64,000 nucleotides of DNA from Burkholderiales bacterium (GTDB lineage: Bacteria; Pseudomonadota; Gammaproteobacteria; Burkholderiales; SG8-39). The notes under the pieces are model-generated. The model was not told the DNA's origin, made no database searches, and saw only the letters and a program-made list of their open reading frames with translations. Numbering within the stretch: position 1 is the first letter of the stretch; every line of letters starts with the position of its first letter. The position numbers and the translations under genes are program-made. Shown in pieces: positions 54,113 through 63,721 of the stretch. The stretch covers positions 814,483 through 878,482 of the forward strand of contig JAOSJV010000010.1 of the NCBI GenBank assembly GCA_027493935.1, read 5' to 3'.

Positions 54113-55322
54113 AGTACTTCCCCAGCTCGATCTTCGCGATCTGCGCCCGGTGCACCTCGTCGGGGCCGTCGGCGAGGCGCAGGCAGCGGTTCCAGGCGTA
54201 CATCCAGGCGAGCGGAAACTCCTGGCACACGCCGCCACCCCCGTGCGCCTGAATCGCCCAGTCGATCACCTGCTCGGCCATGTTGGGCGCGAGCACCTTG
54301 ATCATCGCGATCTCGGCGCGCGCGGCCTTGTTGCCGACCGTGTCCATCATGTGCGCCGCTTTCAGCGTGAGCAGCCGCGCCTGCTCGATCATGATGCGCG
54401 ACTCGGCGATGCGCTCGTGCCAGACGCCCTGCTCGGACACCGGCCGGCCGAACGCCACGCGGCTCTTGAGGCGCTTGCACATCAGTTCGAGCGCGCGCTC
54501 GGTCTGGCCGATGACGCGCATGCAGTGGTGGATGCGGCCGGGCCCGAGCCGGCCTTGCGCGATCTCGAAGCCGCGCCCATCGCCGAGCAGCATGTTGGCC
54601 GCCGGCACGCGCACGTCGCGCAGCACGATCTCCATGTGGCCATGCGGCGCGTCGTCGAAGCCGAACACCCGCAGCGCGCGGGTCACCTGCACCCCCGGCG
54701 TGTCGGCCGGCACCAGGATCATCGACTGCTGCTTGTGCCGGCTCGGGTTGTCCGGGTCGGTCTTGCCCATCACGATATAGATGCGGCAGCGCGGATCGCC
54801 GGCGCCCGAGGACCACCACTTGTGGCCATTGATCACGTACTCGCCGCCCTGCCGCTCGATGCGGCACTGGATGTTGGTCGCGTCCGACGAGGCGACGCCG
54901 GGTTCGGTCATCAGGAACGCGGAGCGTATCTCGCCCTCGAGGAGGGGGGCGAGCCACTTGCTCTGCTGCTCCGACGAGCCGTAGCGCAGCAGCACCTCCA
55001 TGTTCCCGGTGTCCGGCGCCGAGCAGTTGAAAACCTCCGGCGCCCAGGTGACGCGGCCCATGATCTCGCAGAGCGGCGCGTACTCGAGGTTCGAGAGCTC
55101 GCCGCCGTGGTCCTTCGGTCGCCACAGGTTCCACAGCCCCGCGGCGCGCGCCTTGGGCTTGAGCTCCTCGACGATGCGCGTCGGGATCCACGCGTTGCCT
55201 TTCGCGCGGTTCGCCTCGGCCTCCTCCCAGTAGCGGCTCTCGTTCGGACTGACGTGGCGTTCCATGAACGCGGCGAGCCTCGCCTGGAGCTCTTTCACCT
55301 TCGGGCTGAATTCGAAATCCAT
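54108..55322 (-). CDS. Acyl-CoA dehydrogenase (ACAD10/11-like)
   Basis: ATG 55322 ([24 protein letters not shown]...). Sequence [50 protein letters not shown], ...LADGPDEVH. Confidence 0.9.
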   Translation of the reverse strand: MDFEFSPKVKELQARLAAFMERHVSPNESRYWEEAEANRAKGNAWIPTRIVEELKPKARAAGLWNLWRPKDHGGELSNLEYAPLCEIMGRVTWAPEVFNCSAPDTGNMEVLLRYGSSEQQSKWLAPLLEGEIRSAFLMTEPGVASSDATNIQCRIERQGGEYVINGHKWWSSGAGDPRCRIYIVMGKTDPDNPSRHKQQSMILVPADTPGVQVTRALRVFGFDDAPHGHMEIVLRDVRVPAANMLLGDGRGFEIAQGRLGPGRIHHCMRVIGQTERALELMCKRLKSRVAFGRPVSEQGVWHERIAESRIMIEQARLLTLKAAHMMDTVGNKAARAEIAMIKVLAPNMAEQVIDWAIQAHGGGGVCQEFPLAWMYAWNRCLRLADGPDEVHRAQIAKIELGKYL

Positions 55323-55341
55323 CGATCTCCGCTCCTCCTTG

Positions 55342-55469
55342 TTTCCCCTCCTCTTCGAGGAGAGGTGGCCGCGCAGCGGCCGGGGTGGTGCGCACGCGCC
55401 AGGAGGCGCGGTCGCCGAAACCACCCCGCCGCTCCTCCGCGCGGCACCCCTCCTTGAAAAGGAGGGGAC
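55342..55469. repeat. SD/anti-SD hairpin palindromic element, copy C (best-preserved)
   Basis: Left arm TTTCCCCTCCTCTTCGAGGAGAGGTGGCCGCGCAGCGGCCGGGGTGGTGC. Right arm AAACCACCCCGCCGCTCCTCCGCGCGGCACCCCTCCTTGAAAAGGAGGGGAC. The reverse complement of the right arm aligns with the left arm along its length. Confidence 0.8.
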
Positions 55470-55485
55470 GCCTGCTGCCGTCGCG

Positions 55486-56550
55486 CTATCCCAAGATCCG
55501 CTCCTCCACCAGCCGCCACCCCATCTCGGCGAGCGGGCGCGCGCGCCGGCCGGCGTCGAGCGCCTCCTGGCTCGCGGCGGTGCCGTCGAGCGCGCGCTTC
55601 ATGATCCCCTGCAGGATGGCCGACAGCCGGAACATGTTGTACGCGAGGTAGAAGTCCCAGTGCTCGATCCGCGCCCGTCGGGTGCGTGCACAGTACGCCG
55701 CGACGTACGCGGCCTCGCCGGGAATGCCGAGCGCCGCGAGGTCGAGCCCGCCGATACCGCGGAACCGCTCGGGCGGGATGTGCCAGCTCATGCAGTGGTA
55801 CGAGAAGTCAGCCAGCGGATGGCCGAGCGTCGAGAGCTCCCAGTCGAGCACCGCAAGCACGCGCGGCTCGGTCGGATGGAAGATGAGATTGTCCATGCGG
55901 TAATCGCCGTGCACCACCGCAGTCTCGTCGCCGGGCGGCACGTGCGCCGGCAGCCATTCGATCAGCCGGTCCATTGCCGCAATAGGCTCGGTCTGCGAGG
56001 CCTGGTACTGCTTCGACCAGCGCGCGATCTGGCGCGCGAGATAGTTGCCCGGCCTGCCGAAGTCGGCGAGGCCGACGGTGGCGTAGTCGACCGCGTGCAG
56101 CGCCGCGATCACGCGGTTCATCTCGTCGTAGATCGCGCGCCGCTCGCCGGGCGCCATGCCGGGCAGCGATTGCTCCCACAGCACGCGGCCCTCGACGTAC
56201 TCCATGACGAAGAACGCGCGGCCGATGACGCTCTCGTCCTCGCACAGGGCGAACGTGTGCGGCACCGGCACGCCCGTCCCGCCGAGCGCCGTGATCACGC
56301 GGTACTCGCGCTCGACCGCGTGGGCCGAGGGCAGGAGCTTCGCCGCCGGGCCGGGCTTCGCACGCATGACGTAGCGGCGGCCGCCGGCGCTCAGCAGGTA
56401 GGTCGGGTTCGACTGGCCGCCGCGGAACTGCTCGACGGCGAGCGCACCGGCGAAGCCTTGCACGCGTTCGCGCAGGTACTCCGCGAGCGCGCCGGCGTCG
56501 ATTCGATGCCGCTCGGCGACCGGCATCGTGCCGTCGAACTGCGCGCTCAT
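55486..56550 (-). CDS. Phosphotransferase (APH/choline-kinase fold) family protein, ACAD10-associated type
   Basis: ATG 56550 (MSAQFDG...). Sequence [19 protein letters not shown], and the catalytic [11 protein letters not shown]...[10 protein letters not shown]. Confidence 0.85.
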   Translation of the reverse strand: MSAQFDGTMPVAERHRIDAGALAEYLRERVQGFAGALAVEQFRGGQSNPTYLLSAGGRRYVMRAKPGPAAKLLPSAHAVEREYRVITALGGTGVPVPHTFALCEDESVIGRAFFVMEYVEGRVLWEQSLPGMAPGERRAIYDEMNRVIAALHAVDYATVGLADFGRPGNYLARQIARWSKQYQASQTEPIAAMDRLIEWLPAHVPPGDETAVVHGDYRMDNLIFHPTEPRVLAVLDWELSTLGHPLADFSYHCMSWHIPPERFRGIGGLDLAALGIPGEAAYVAAYCARTRRARIEHWDFYLAYNMFRLSAILQGIMKRALDGTAASQEALDAGRRARPLAEMGWRLVEERILG

Positions 56551-56720
56551 GCCAGGGCTCGGACCGGAAACGGCATTGGTGGGAATCCGCAAGCAATGCT
56601 ACCACGCACGCAACGCGATCAGACCCGGCGCCCGCCCGTGCGGCCCGCCGCGATGCTAAGCTCCCGCACGGCTGCCGCCGCACCGATCCACGCATCGCCC
56701 CGGAGCGCCAAGTCGAAAAG

Positions 56721-57554
56721 ATGAACGAAGCGAAGAGCCTCGGCGACGCGGTCGCCGCTGCGGCGACCGCCATCATGGATCGCGCGTTGGCCTATCTGCC
56801 GAGCGTTCTCGGCGCGGTCCTGCTGCTCGTCGCCGGCTGGCTGCTCGGGCGCATCCTGCGCGCGGTCACGGTGCGCGCGGTGCTCCTGCTCGACGCCCTG
56901 CTCGCGCGCATGACCCGATCCGCCGGCGCCGGGCGCCTGCGCTTCGACCGGTCCTCGACGATCCTCGGCACCATCGTCTTCTGGGTGGTGGTCCTCTTCT
57001 TCATCACGGCGGCGACTCACGTGCTCGGCCTGCAGAGCTTCACGCAGTGGCTCGCCCGCCTGCTCGACTACCTGCCGACGCTCGCCGCAGGCGTGCTGAT
57101 CCTGATCGGCGGCTACATCCTGTCGCGGTTCCTCGCCGATCTCGTGCGCGCGACCGCCGCGCGCCTCGCGCCTGCGCAGCGCGCCGCGCTCGCGCATATC
57201 GTGCAGGGCGCGGTGCTGGTGGCCGCGGTGCTCGTGGGCGCCGACCAGATCGGCATCCGGGTCACATTCCTGGTGATCCTGGTCGCCGCCGTGCTCGCGG
57301 CCGGTGTCGGCGGCGTGACCCTTGCGGTCGGCGTCGGCGCGCGCGACTACGTGGCCAACCTGATCGGCGCGCACTACCTGCGGCAGGTGTTCGAGGTCGG
57401 CCAGCGCGTGCGGATCGCCGGTCACGAGGGCCGGATCCTGGAGGTGACCGCGACCTCGATCGTGCTCGAGACCGACGTCGGCCGCGTCTCGCTGCCGGCG
57501 CGCGTCTATCACGAGCAGCCGATCGTGCTCGTCGCGCGCGCCGGCGATGGCTGA
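56721..57554 (+). CDS. Small MscS-like mechanosensitive channel family protein
   Basis: Several TM helices, then the beta-domain VGQRVRIAGHEGRILEVTATSIVLETDVGRVSLPARV (MscS GDxIxIxGxxGxVxxI...). The stop overlaps the next ATG (ATGGCTGA). Confidence 0.65.
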   Translation: MNEAKSLGDAVAAAATAIMDRALAYLPSVLGAVLLLVAGWLLGRILRAVTVRAVLLLDALLARMTRSAGAGRLRFDRSSTILGTIVFWVVVLFFITAATHVLGLQSFTQWLARLLDYLPTLAAGVLILIGGYILSRFLADLVRATAARLAPAQRAALAHIVQGAVLVAAVLVGADQIGIRVTFLVILVAAVLAAGVGGVTLAVGVGARDYVANLIGAHYLRQVFEVGQRVRIAGHEGRILEVTATSIVLETDVGRVSLPARVYHEQPIVLVARAGDG

Positions 57555-58398
57555 CGCCGCCGCGCTCACCCTCGCCTTTATCGAGGCGCACCCGGTCGAC
57601 GCGGCGCGCGTGCTCGAGACACTGCCAGCGCCCGAGTCCTCCGCGCTCTTCGCGCGCGTGCCGCCGCGGCTCGGCGCGCCGGTGCTCGCCGCGATGCTGC
57701 CGCCCACGGCGGCCCGCAACGTGCTCGCGCTCGACGACGAGCGCGGCATGGCGCTCCTCGCCGCCCTGGGCGCACAGGCGGCGGTCGCGGTGCTGCGCCA
57801 CGTGCCCGAGCCGCGCCGCTCGGCGCTGATCGACGGCCTGCCGACCGTGTCGGCGGTGGCCTCGCGCATGCTGCTCGGCTATCCGGAGGACTCGGTCGGC
57901 GCGTGGACCGATACCGACATCGTGGCTCTGCCGCCGGAGGCGCGCGCCGCCGACGCGCTCGCGCGGGTGCGCGCCGCGCGCGACGACGCCTCGGTCGTCC
58001 ACGTGGTCGGACCGGGCGAGCGCCTGCTCGGACTGGTCGACCTCGCGACGCTCGTGCGCGCGCCCGAAACGGCCGACATGGGCCAGCTCATGCGGCGGCC
58101 CGAGGCGGTGCTCGCCGCTGTCGCGCCGCTCGGAGGTGCGGCAAGCCATCGCGGCTGGCTCCGGTCGAGTGTGCTGCCCGTGGTCGAGCGCGGCGACCGG
58201 CTGGTCGGCGTCTTGCGGCGCGGGACCCTCGCGCGCGCGCTGGCGCGCGGCGGCGGCCGGGCGAGCGTCGTCGTCAGTGCCGGGCTCGCCGAGACGCTCG
58301 GGCGCGGGTACTGGGACGCGCTGTCCGGGATCATTTCGGCCGCGGTCACCCTGCTGCCGCCCGCGCAGCGCATCAAAGAGGACTCCGATGAGCACTGA
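57547..58398 (+). CDS. MgtE-N plus CBS-pair cytosolic protein lacking the MgtE membrane domain
   Basis: AAALTLAFIEAHPVDAARVLETLPAPESSALFARV... (MgtE intracellular N-domain pattern), then MLLGYPEDSVGAWTDTDIVAL...VVHVVGPGERLLGLVDLATL...LPVVERGDRLVGVLRR (CBS pair). The gene ends 11 nt inside mgtE. Confidence 0.65.
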   Translation: MADAAALTLAFIEAHPVDAARVLETLPAPESSALFARVPPRLGAPVLAAMLPPTAARNVLALDDERGMALLAALGAQAAVAVLRHVPEPRRSALIDGLPTVSAVASRMLLGYPEDSVGAWTDTDIVALPPEARAADALARVRAARDDASVVHVVGPGERLLGLVDLATLVRAPETADMGQLMRRPEAVLAAVAPLGGAASHRGWLRSSVLPVVERGDRLVGVLRRGTLARALARGGGRASVVVSAGLAETLGRGYWDALSGIISAAVTLLPPAQRIKEDSDEH

Positions 58399-59729
58399 CG
58401 CGGCGGATTCCCAGACTACGGCAACCGGCGCGGCGTCCGCGGTCGCGGCGCTCAACCGCCGCTTCCTGCTCGACTATCCGCATGAGGCGGCACGGCGCCT
58501 CGAGGCGATGCCGGTCGCGGACGCCGCCGAGCTCCTCGCGACGCAGCCGCCGCACGCCGCAGTGCGCGCCTGGCAGGCGCTCGCGGCCGATGTCGCCCGT
58601 GCCGTCCTCGAACACGTGCCCGACGCGCTCGCGCAGCGGCTGCTCAGCGACGCCGAGCCGGCGGCGAGCGCGGCGGTGCTCGCGCAGCTCGACCAGGCGG
58701 CGCGGGCGGTACGCCTCGCCGCGCTCGATCCGCAGGTCGCGCAGGAGCTGCGCGAGCTGCTCGCCTATCCGGAGGACTCCGCCGGCCGGCTGATGGACCC
58801 GCAGGTCAGCCCGCTCCGGGCGCAGCTCAGCGTGGCCGAGGCGCTCGCCCGGCTGCGCACGATCAAGCGCCGCGGCCTGCGCGAGCTCTTCGTGGTGGAC
58901 GACGCGGGTCGCCTGACCGGCCGCGTCGAGATCCAGGACCTCGCGGTCGCCGGCGAGGCGCTACCGCTGCGCGAGATCACGCGCGGGCTGATCGCGGCAG
59001 TGCGGGACCTCGATCTGCGCGAGGACGTGGTCGCGGCGCTGCAGCAGCAGCCGATCACCGAGCTGCCGGTGGTGACGAGCGAGGGCCGTTTCGTCGGCGT
59101 GATCCGGCAGGCCGCGCTCGTCTCGGCGGTCGCGCAGGAGGCGAGCCTCGACATCCAGACGATGGTCGGCGCGAGCCGCGACGAGCGCGCGCTCTCCGGG
59201 CCGCTCTTCGCGGTGCGCAAGCGCCTGCCCTGGCTGCAGATCAACCTCCTCACCGCGTTCCTCGCCGCGGCGGTCGTCGGCCTGTTCGAGAGCACCATCG
59301 CGAAGTTCACCGCGCTCGCGGTGCTGCTGCCGGTGGTGGCCGGCCAATCCGGCAACGCCGGCGCGCAGGCGCTGGCGGTAACCATGCGCGGGCTCTTCCT
59401 GCGCGAGATCAGCCTGCGGCACTGGCCGCGCATGGTGTGGAAGGAGGCGAGCATCGGCTTCGTGAACGGCATCGCGGTGGCAGCCACCACTGCGGTCGGC
59501 GTCTGGGTGTGGAGCGGCTCCGTGGGGCTCGTGCTGGTGATCTCGAGCGCGATGGTGATCGCGATGGTGATCGCCGGGGTCGCCGGCGCGGCGGTGCCGA
59601 TCGTGCTGCGCCGCTTCGGCCAGGACCCGGCGCAGTCCCTCCTCGATCGTGCTCACCACCGTCACCGACGTCGCCGGCTTCTTTTCGTTCCTCGGCATAG
59701 CGACGCTGCTCGCCGGCATGCTCGGCTGA
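58388..59729 (+). pseudogene. mgtE: Magnesium transporter MgtE; one frame break at C3 59637-59639, about 30 codons before the stop
   Basis: MgtE-N, then LLAYPEDSAGRLMDPQV and a CBS pair, then the TM domain LLPVVAGQSGNAGAQALAVTMRGL. After ...RRFGQDPAQS the conserved tail (SSIVLTTVTDVAGFFSFLGIATLLAGMLG*) continues in the +1 frame to TGA 59727-59729. Confidence 0.9.
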
Positions 59730-59750
59730 AGCGGCGCGGCGCCGGCGGCG

Positions 59751-61478
59751 TCAGGCGCTCGCGGCTTCGTGCACGGCGGCGCTGCGGCCCTGCGCCTCGG
59801 CCTGCAGACGCTTCAGCCGGTACGCAAGCTGCGCTCGGGTGAGCCCGAGCATGCGCGCGGCCGAGGAGAGATTTCCGCGCGCGCGGCTCACCGCCGTCTC
59901 GATCAGCCTCGCCTCGACCTGATCGAGCGTCATCGCGCCGGAGAGCACGGCTTCGCAAACCGCGTCACCCTCGTCGCTGCCGCGCACGTCTAGCGACCCA
60001 TAGCGGTCGATGCCGATCTCGCCCGCCTTCCCGCCGTCCCACGAAGTGAACAGATGCTCGATCTCCATGCGCCCGCCGTGCGGGGCCAGGATGACGCCGC
60101 GCTCCACGGTGTTCTGCAGCTCGCGGATGTTCCCCGGCCAGGAGTAGGCGAGCAGCGCCTTCTTCGCCTTGTCGGTGATTCCCGCGATCTTCTTGCCGTG
60201 GATCACCGAGTACTTCTCGACCAGCCGCTTGAAGAGGAGCCGGGTGTCCTCCGGACGCTCGCGCAGCGGCGGGATGTGGATCTGGTACGCGTTCAGCCGG
60301 TAATAGAGATCCGAGCGGAACTTACCCTGCGCGACGAGCTCCTGCAGGTTGCGATTGGTCGCCGCCACCAGCCGGACGTTGACCTTGCGCGTGCGATGAT
60401 CGCCGAGGCGCTCCACCTCCCCGTCCTGCAGTACGCGCAGCAGCTTGGCCTGCGCCGCGAGCGGCAGGTCGCCGACCTCGTCGAGGAAGAGCGTCCCGCC
60501 GTGCGCGCGCTCGAACCGGCCAGGGCGTGAGGCCTGCGCGCCGGTGTAGGCGCCTTTCTCGACGCCGAAGAGCTCCGACTCCACGAGCTCCTGGGGAATC
60601 GCGGCGCAGTTCACCGCCACGAGCGGCTCGCTGGCGCGCGGCCCCATCTCGTGCAGGCGCCGCGCGAACATCTCCTTGCCCACCCCGGTTTCGCCGAGCA
60701 GCAGCACGGTGATGTGCGTGCCGGCGGCCTTCTTCAACAGCTCGTAGGCGAGGCGGAAGCCCGGCGAGTCGCCCACCATGTCCCCGGGCAGCCGCTCCTT
60801 CTCGCCGATCGTCGAGCGCAGCTCCGCGACCTGCGCCTGCAGGTCGAGCAGCTGGTTCGCGATCGACTCGGACTTGAAGTAGCGCATGTCGGCCTCGGCG
60901 TCGTTCCACTCCTCGACCGGCTTGCCGACGATCATGCAGTGGCTGTCGCCCGCACCGCTGCACTCGGTCTCCTTGTACAGGATCGGTCGCCCCATGAAGG
61001 CCGACGTGTAGCCGCACGCGTAGCCGATCTGGGTCCAGCAGACCGGTTCGTGGTGGATGCCGAAGTCGCGCCGGTGCGTCTGGCCCTCCCACGAGTTCTC
61101 CCACAGGAACTCGCCGTAGAACCGGCCGCGCGCGCGGTCGACCTCGAGCTTGATCGGCGTCACCAGCACGATGCCCTCGAGCGTGTGCAGCTGCGGCCCG
61201 GTCATGAACGCCTCCAGGTCGCTCTTGCACGCGGTGCGGCTCCGCGCGAGCTCGGCGTCGCGCACCCCCGACGCGTAGCCCATGCGCGTGAGCAGCCCGC
61301 GCGCGCGCGCGAGCCCGAGCGTGTCGATCAGCTCCTTGCGCAGCGACGCCTGCGCGTCCGCGTGCACGAGCAGCATGCGGTGCTCGTGCAGCCAGATGTG
61401 CCCGGTTTCGGCGCAGAAATGGACGTGCGAGCGCAGATCGCCCGCATCGGGCTGCGCCATTTTCTTCAATCGAGCCAT
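59751..61478 (-). CDS. Sigma-54-dependent XylR/DmpR-class transcriptional activator (PdeR-like phenol-responsive regulator)
   Basis: 575 aa. N-terminal XylR_N/V4R-type sensor (FLWENSWEG...[41 protein letters not shown]). AAA+ core ([49 protein letters not shown]). C-terminal Fis-type HTH ([22 protein letters not shown]). Confidence 0.9.
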   Translation of the reverse strand: MARLKKMAQPDAGDLRSHVHFCAETGHIWLHEHRMLLVHADAQASLRKELIDTLGLARARGLLTRMGYASGVRDAELARSRTACKSDLEAFMTGPQLHTLEGIVLVTPIKLEVDRARGRFYGEFLWENSWEGQTHRRDFGIHHEPVCWTQIGYACGYTSAFMGRPILYKETECSGAGDSHCMIVGKPVEEWNDAEADMRYFKSESIANQLLDLQAQVAELRSTIGEKERLPGDMVGDSPGFRLAYELLKKAAGTHITVLLLGETGVGKEMFARRLHEMGPRASEPLVAVNCAAIPQELVESELFGVEKGAYTGAQASRPGRFERAHGGTLFLDEVGDLPLAAQAKLLRVLQDGEVERLGDHRTRKVNVRLVAATNRNLQELVAQGKFRSDLYYRLNAYQIHIPPLRERPEDTRLLFKRLVEKYSVIHGKKIAGITDKAKKALLAYSWPGNIRELQNTVERGVILAPHGGRMEIEHLFTSWDGGKAGEIGIDRYGSLDVRGSDEGDAVCEAVLSGAMTLDQVEARLIETAVSRARGNLSSAARMLGLTRAQLAYRLKRLQAEAQGRSAAVHEAASA

Positions 61479-61763
61479 GGCCCCCCTGCCGACCGCGACG
61501 GATACGCCCGATGGCCCCGCTTCTTCTCGGTAACAGGACGTACGGAATTTACGAATTGATTAAAGCATAAACCGCAGAAGTCGCGATAGGTGCCTAAATT
61601 CATCAAATAATCATGTTGCGCTGCGGCGTAAGTCGGGCGATTCGGCACCGTGCCGCCTCAGGCGCCGAGCGGCCGTGACCTCGACCGAGCGGCTCACCTG
61701 ACTCGTGTCCGCAGGCGTAGTCGCGCGCAACCCGCGGGTGAGCGACGGTATTGTGCGCCGCGA

Positions 61764-61779
61764 TGGCACACCGCTTGCA
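61764..61779 (+). promoter_or_regulatory. Sigma-54 (-24/-12) promoter TGGCAC-N5-TTGCA of ppsA
   Basis: Read directly: TGGCAC (61764-61769), ACCGC, TTGCA (61775-61779). The GG-N10-GC spacing is exact. It lies 55 nt upstream of the ppsA ATG and faces away from the activator gene. Confidence 0.85.
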
Positions 61780-61833
61780 GTCAGACTCCTCTATCCGGGC
61801 GCATCGCCGTACCGGACCCGGAGAGGAGGAGCT

Positions 61834-63666
61834 ATGCCGACGTTTCCGAACCCGCACGACATCAAGACCATTCCGGGCACCGAAGGCTGGGAGCGGATGT
61901 ACCCGTACCAGTACCAGTTCGTCACCGACGACCCCGAGCGCAAGGCCTACGAGGAGCAGACCTTCTGGTTCTACGACGGGCTGCACTACCCCGAGCCGCT
62001 CTACCCGTTCGACACGATCTGGGACGAGGCGTGGTTCCTCGCGCTCTCGCAGTACAACAACCGCATCTTCCAGGTCCCGCCGGTACGCGGCGTCGACCAC
62101 CGCATCATCAACGGCTACGTGTACATCTCGCCGGTCCCGGTGAAGAACCCCGCCGACATCGAGGCGCGCGCGCCGCACTTCATGGAGCGCGCCGGCTATT
62201 ACTACAAGAACTGGGACGCGCTGGAAGAGAAGTGGAAGCAGAAGATGAAGAACACGATCGCCGAGCTCGAAGCGCTTGCGATCCCGACGCTGCCCGACAT
62301 GGAGGACCTACGCGTAGTGACCGACGGCCTCGGCGAATCGAAGGGCTTCCACCTGCTCAAGGCCTACGACGACCTGATCAACCTCGGCATCAAGTGCTGG
62401 CAGTACCACTTCGAGTTCCTGAACCTCGGCTACGCCGCGTACGTCTTCTTCCTCGACTTCGTGCAGAAGCAGTTCCCGAGCATCCCGGTGCAGCGCGTGA
62501 CGCAGATGATCTCCGGCATCGACGTCATCATGTATCAGTCCGACGAGGAGCTGAAGAAGCTCGCCCGCAAGGCGATCGAGCTCGGCGTGGAGCAGGCCGT
62601 CACGTTCAGCCAGGAGTGGAGCGAGGTCGAGCCGGCGCTGAAGAAGCTGCCGAAGGGCAAGGAGTGGCTCGCCGCGCTCGACAAGGCGCGCGACCCGTGG
62701 TTCTACATCTCGACCGGCACCGGCTGGTACCACCACGACCGATGCTGGAACGACGCGATGAACGTGCCGCTCTCGGGCATCGCCACCTACATCGGCAAGC
62801 TCAAGCAGGGCGTGAACATCGAGCGGCCGATGGACCAGGTGCGCGCCGAGCGCGACCGCATCGTCAAGGAATACCGCGACCTGATCGAGCGCGACGAGGA
62901 CCGCAAGACATTCGACGAGCTGCTCGGCACAGCGAAGACCGTGTTTCCGTACGTCGAGAACCACCTCTTCTACGTCGAGCACTGGTTCCACTCGATCTTC
63001 TGGAACAAGGTGCGCGAGGTGGCAGCGATCCTGAAGGAGCACGGCCTGATCGGCGACATCGAGGACGTATGGTACCTGCGGCGCGACGAGGTGAAGTCGG
63101 CGCTGTGGGACGTCGTCACCGCATGGGCGACCGGCACCACGCCGCGCGGCACCAGGACCTGGCCGAAGGAGATCGAGTGGAGGAAGGGCGTGATGCAGAA
63201 GTTCCGCGAGTGGAGCGCCCCGCCCGCCATCGGCACTGCGCCGGAGGTGATCCAGGAGCCCTTCACCATCGTGCTCTGGGGCGTGACCAACAAGTCGCTC
63301 GCCGACTGGGCGGCGGTGCAGCAGGTGAAGGATCCCTCGACGATCAGCGTGCTGAACGGCTTCGCCGGCAGCCCCGGCGTGATCGAGGGCCGCGCGCGCG
63401 TGTGCCGGACGGTGGACGAGGTGCGCCAGCTCGAGGAAGGCGAGATCCTGGTGGCGCCGACCACGTCGCCCTCGTGGGCGCCGGCGTTCGCCAAGATCAA
63501 GGCGTGCGTGACCGACGTCGGCGGGGTGATGAGCCACGCCGCGATCGTCTGCCGCGAGTACGGGATGCCGGCGGTGGTCGGAACCGGGCACGCGACCAAG
63601 GTGATCAAGACGGGCATGCTCCTGCGCGTCGACGGCTCGACCGGCGCGGTGAATATCGCCCGGTAG
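61834..63666 (+). CDS. ppsA: Phenylphosphate synthase alpha subunit (PEP-utilizing enzyme family, His-carrier subunit)
   Basis: GGAGAGGAGG RBS and ATG 61834. 610 aa. N-terminus MPTFPNPHDIKTIPGTEGWERMYPYQYQFVTDDPERK...FWFYDGLHYPEPLYPFDTIWDEAW and a C-terminal swivel His domain ILVAPTTSPSWAPAFAKIKACVTDVGGVMSHAAIVCREYGMPAVVGTG. From memory this is colinear with Thauera aromatica PpsA. Confidence 0.85.
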   Translation: MPTFPNPHDIKTIPGTEGWERMYPYQYQFVTDDPERKAYEEQTFWFYDGLHYPEPLYPFDTIWDEAWFLALSQYNNRIFQVPPVRGVDHRIINGYVYISPVPVKNPADIEARAPHFMERAGYYYKNWDALEEKWKQKMKNTIAELEALAIPTLPDMEDLRVVTDGLGESKGFHLLKAYDDLINLGIKCWQYHFEFLNLGYAAYVFFLDFVQKQFPSIPVQRVTQMISGIDVIMYQSDEELKKLARKAIELGVEQAVTFSQEWSEVEPALKKLPKGKEWLAALDKARDPWFYISTGTGWYHHDRCWNDAMNVPLSGIATYIGKLKQGVNIERPMDQVRAERDRIVKEYRDLIERDEDRKTFDELLGTAKTVFPYVENHLFYVEHWFHSIFWNKVREVAAILKEHGLIGDIEDVWYLRRDEVKSALWDVVTAWATGTTPRGTRTWPKEIEWRKGVMQKFREWSAPPAIGTAPEVIQEPFTIVLWGVTNKSLADWAAVQQVKDPSTISVLNGFAGSPGVIEGRARVCRTVDEVRQLEEGEILVAPTTSPSWAPAFAKIKACVTDVGGVMSHAAIVCREYGMPAVVGTGHATKVIKTGMLLRVDGSTGAVNIAR

Positions 63667-63672
63667 CGGCGC

Positions 63673-63706
63673 CACGCCCCGCGGCGGGCAGCCGCCGCGG
63701 GGCGTG
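63673..63706 (+). other. Perfect 15-bp-stem hairpin between ppsA and ppsB
   Basis: CACGCCCCGCGGCGG-GCAG-CCGCCGCGGGGCGTG, read directly. No T-tract follows, so it is an intercistronic stem-loop rather than a canonical terminator. Confidence 0.7.
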
Positions 63707-63721
63707 CGCGGTCCAAGCGAA

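Noticed and set aside
61641-61655. A second sigma-54-like motif, GGCACCGTGCCGC, upstream of ppsA.
   Set aside because: The GG to GC spacing is 9 rather than 10 nt, and there is no TTGC -12 element. The perfect TGGCAC-N5-TTGCA at 61764 is the better candidate.
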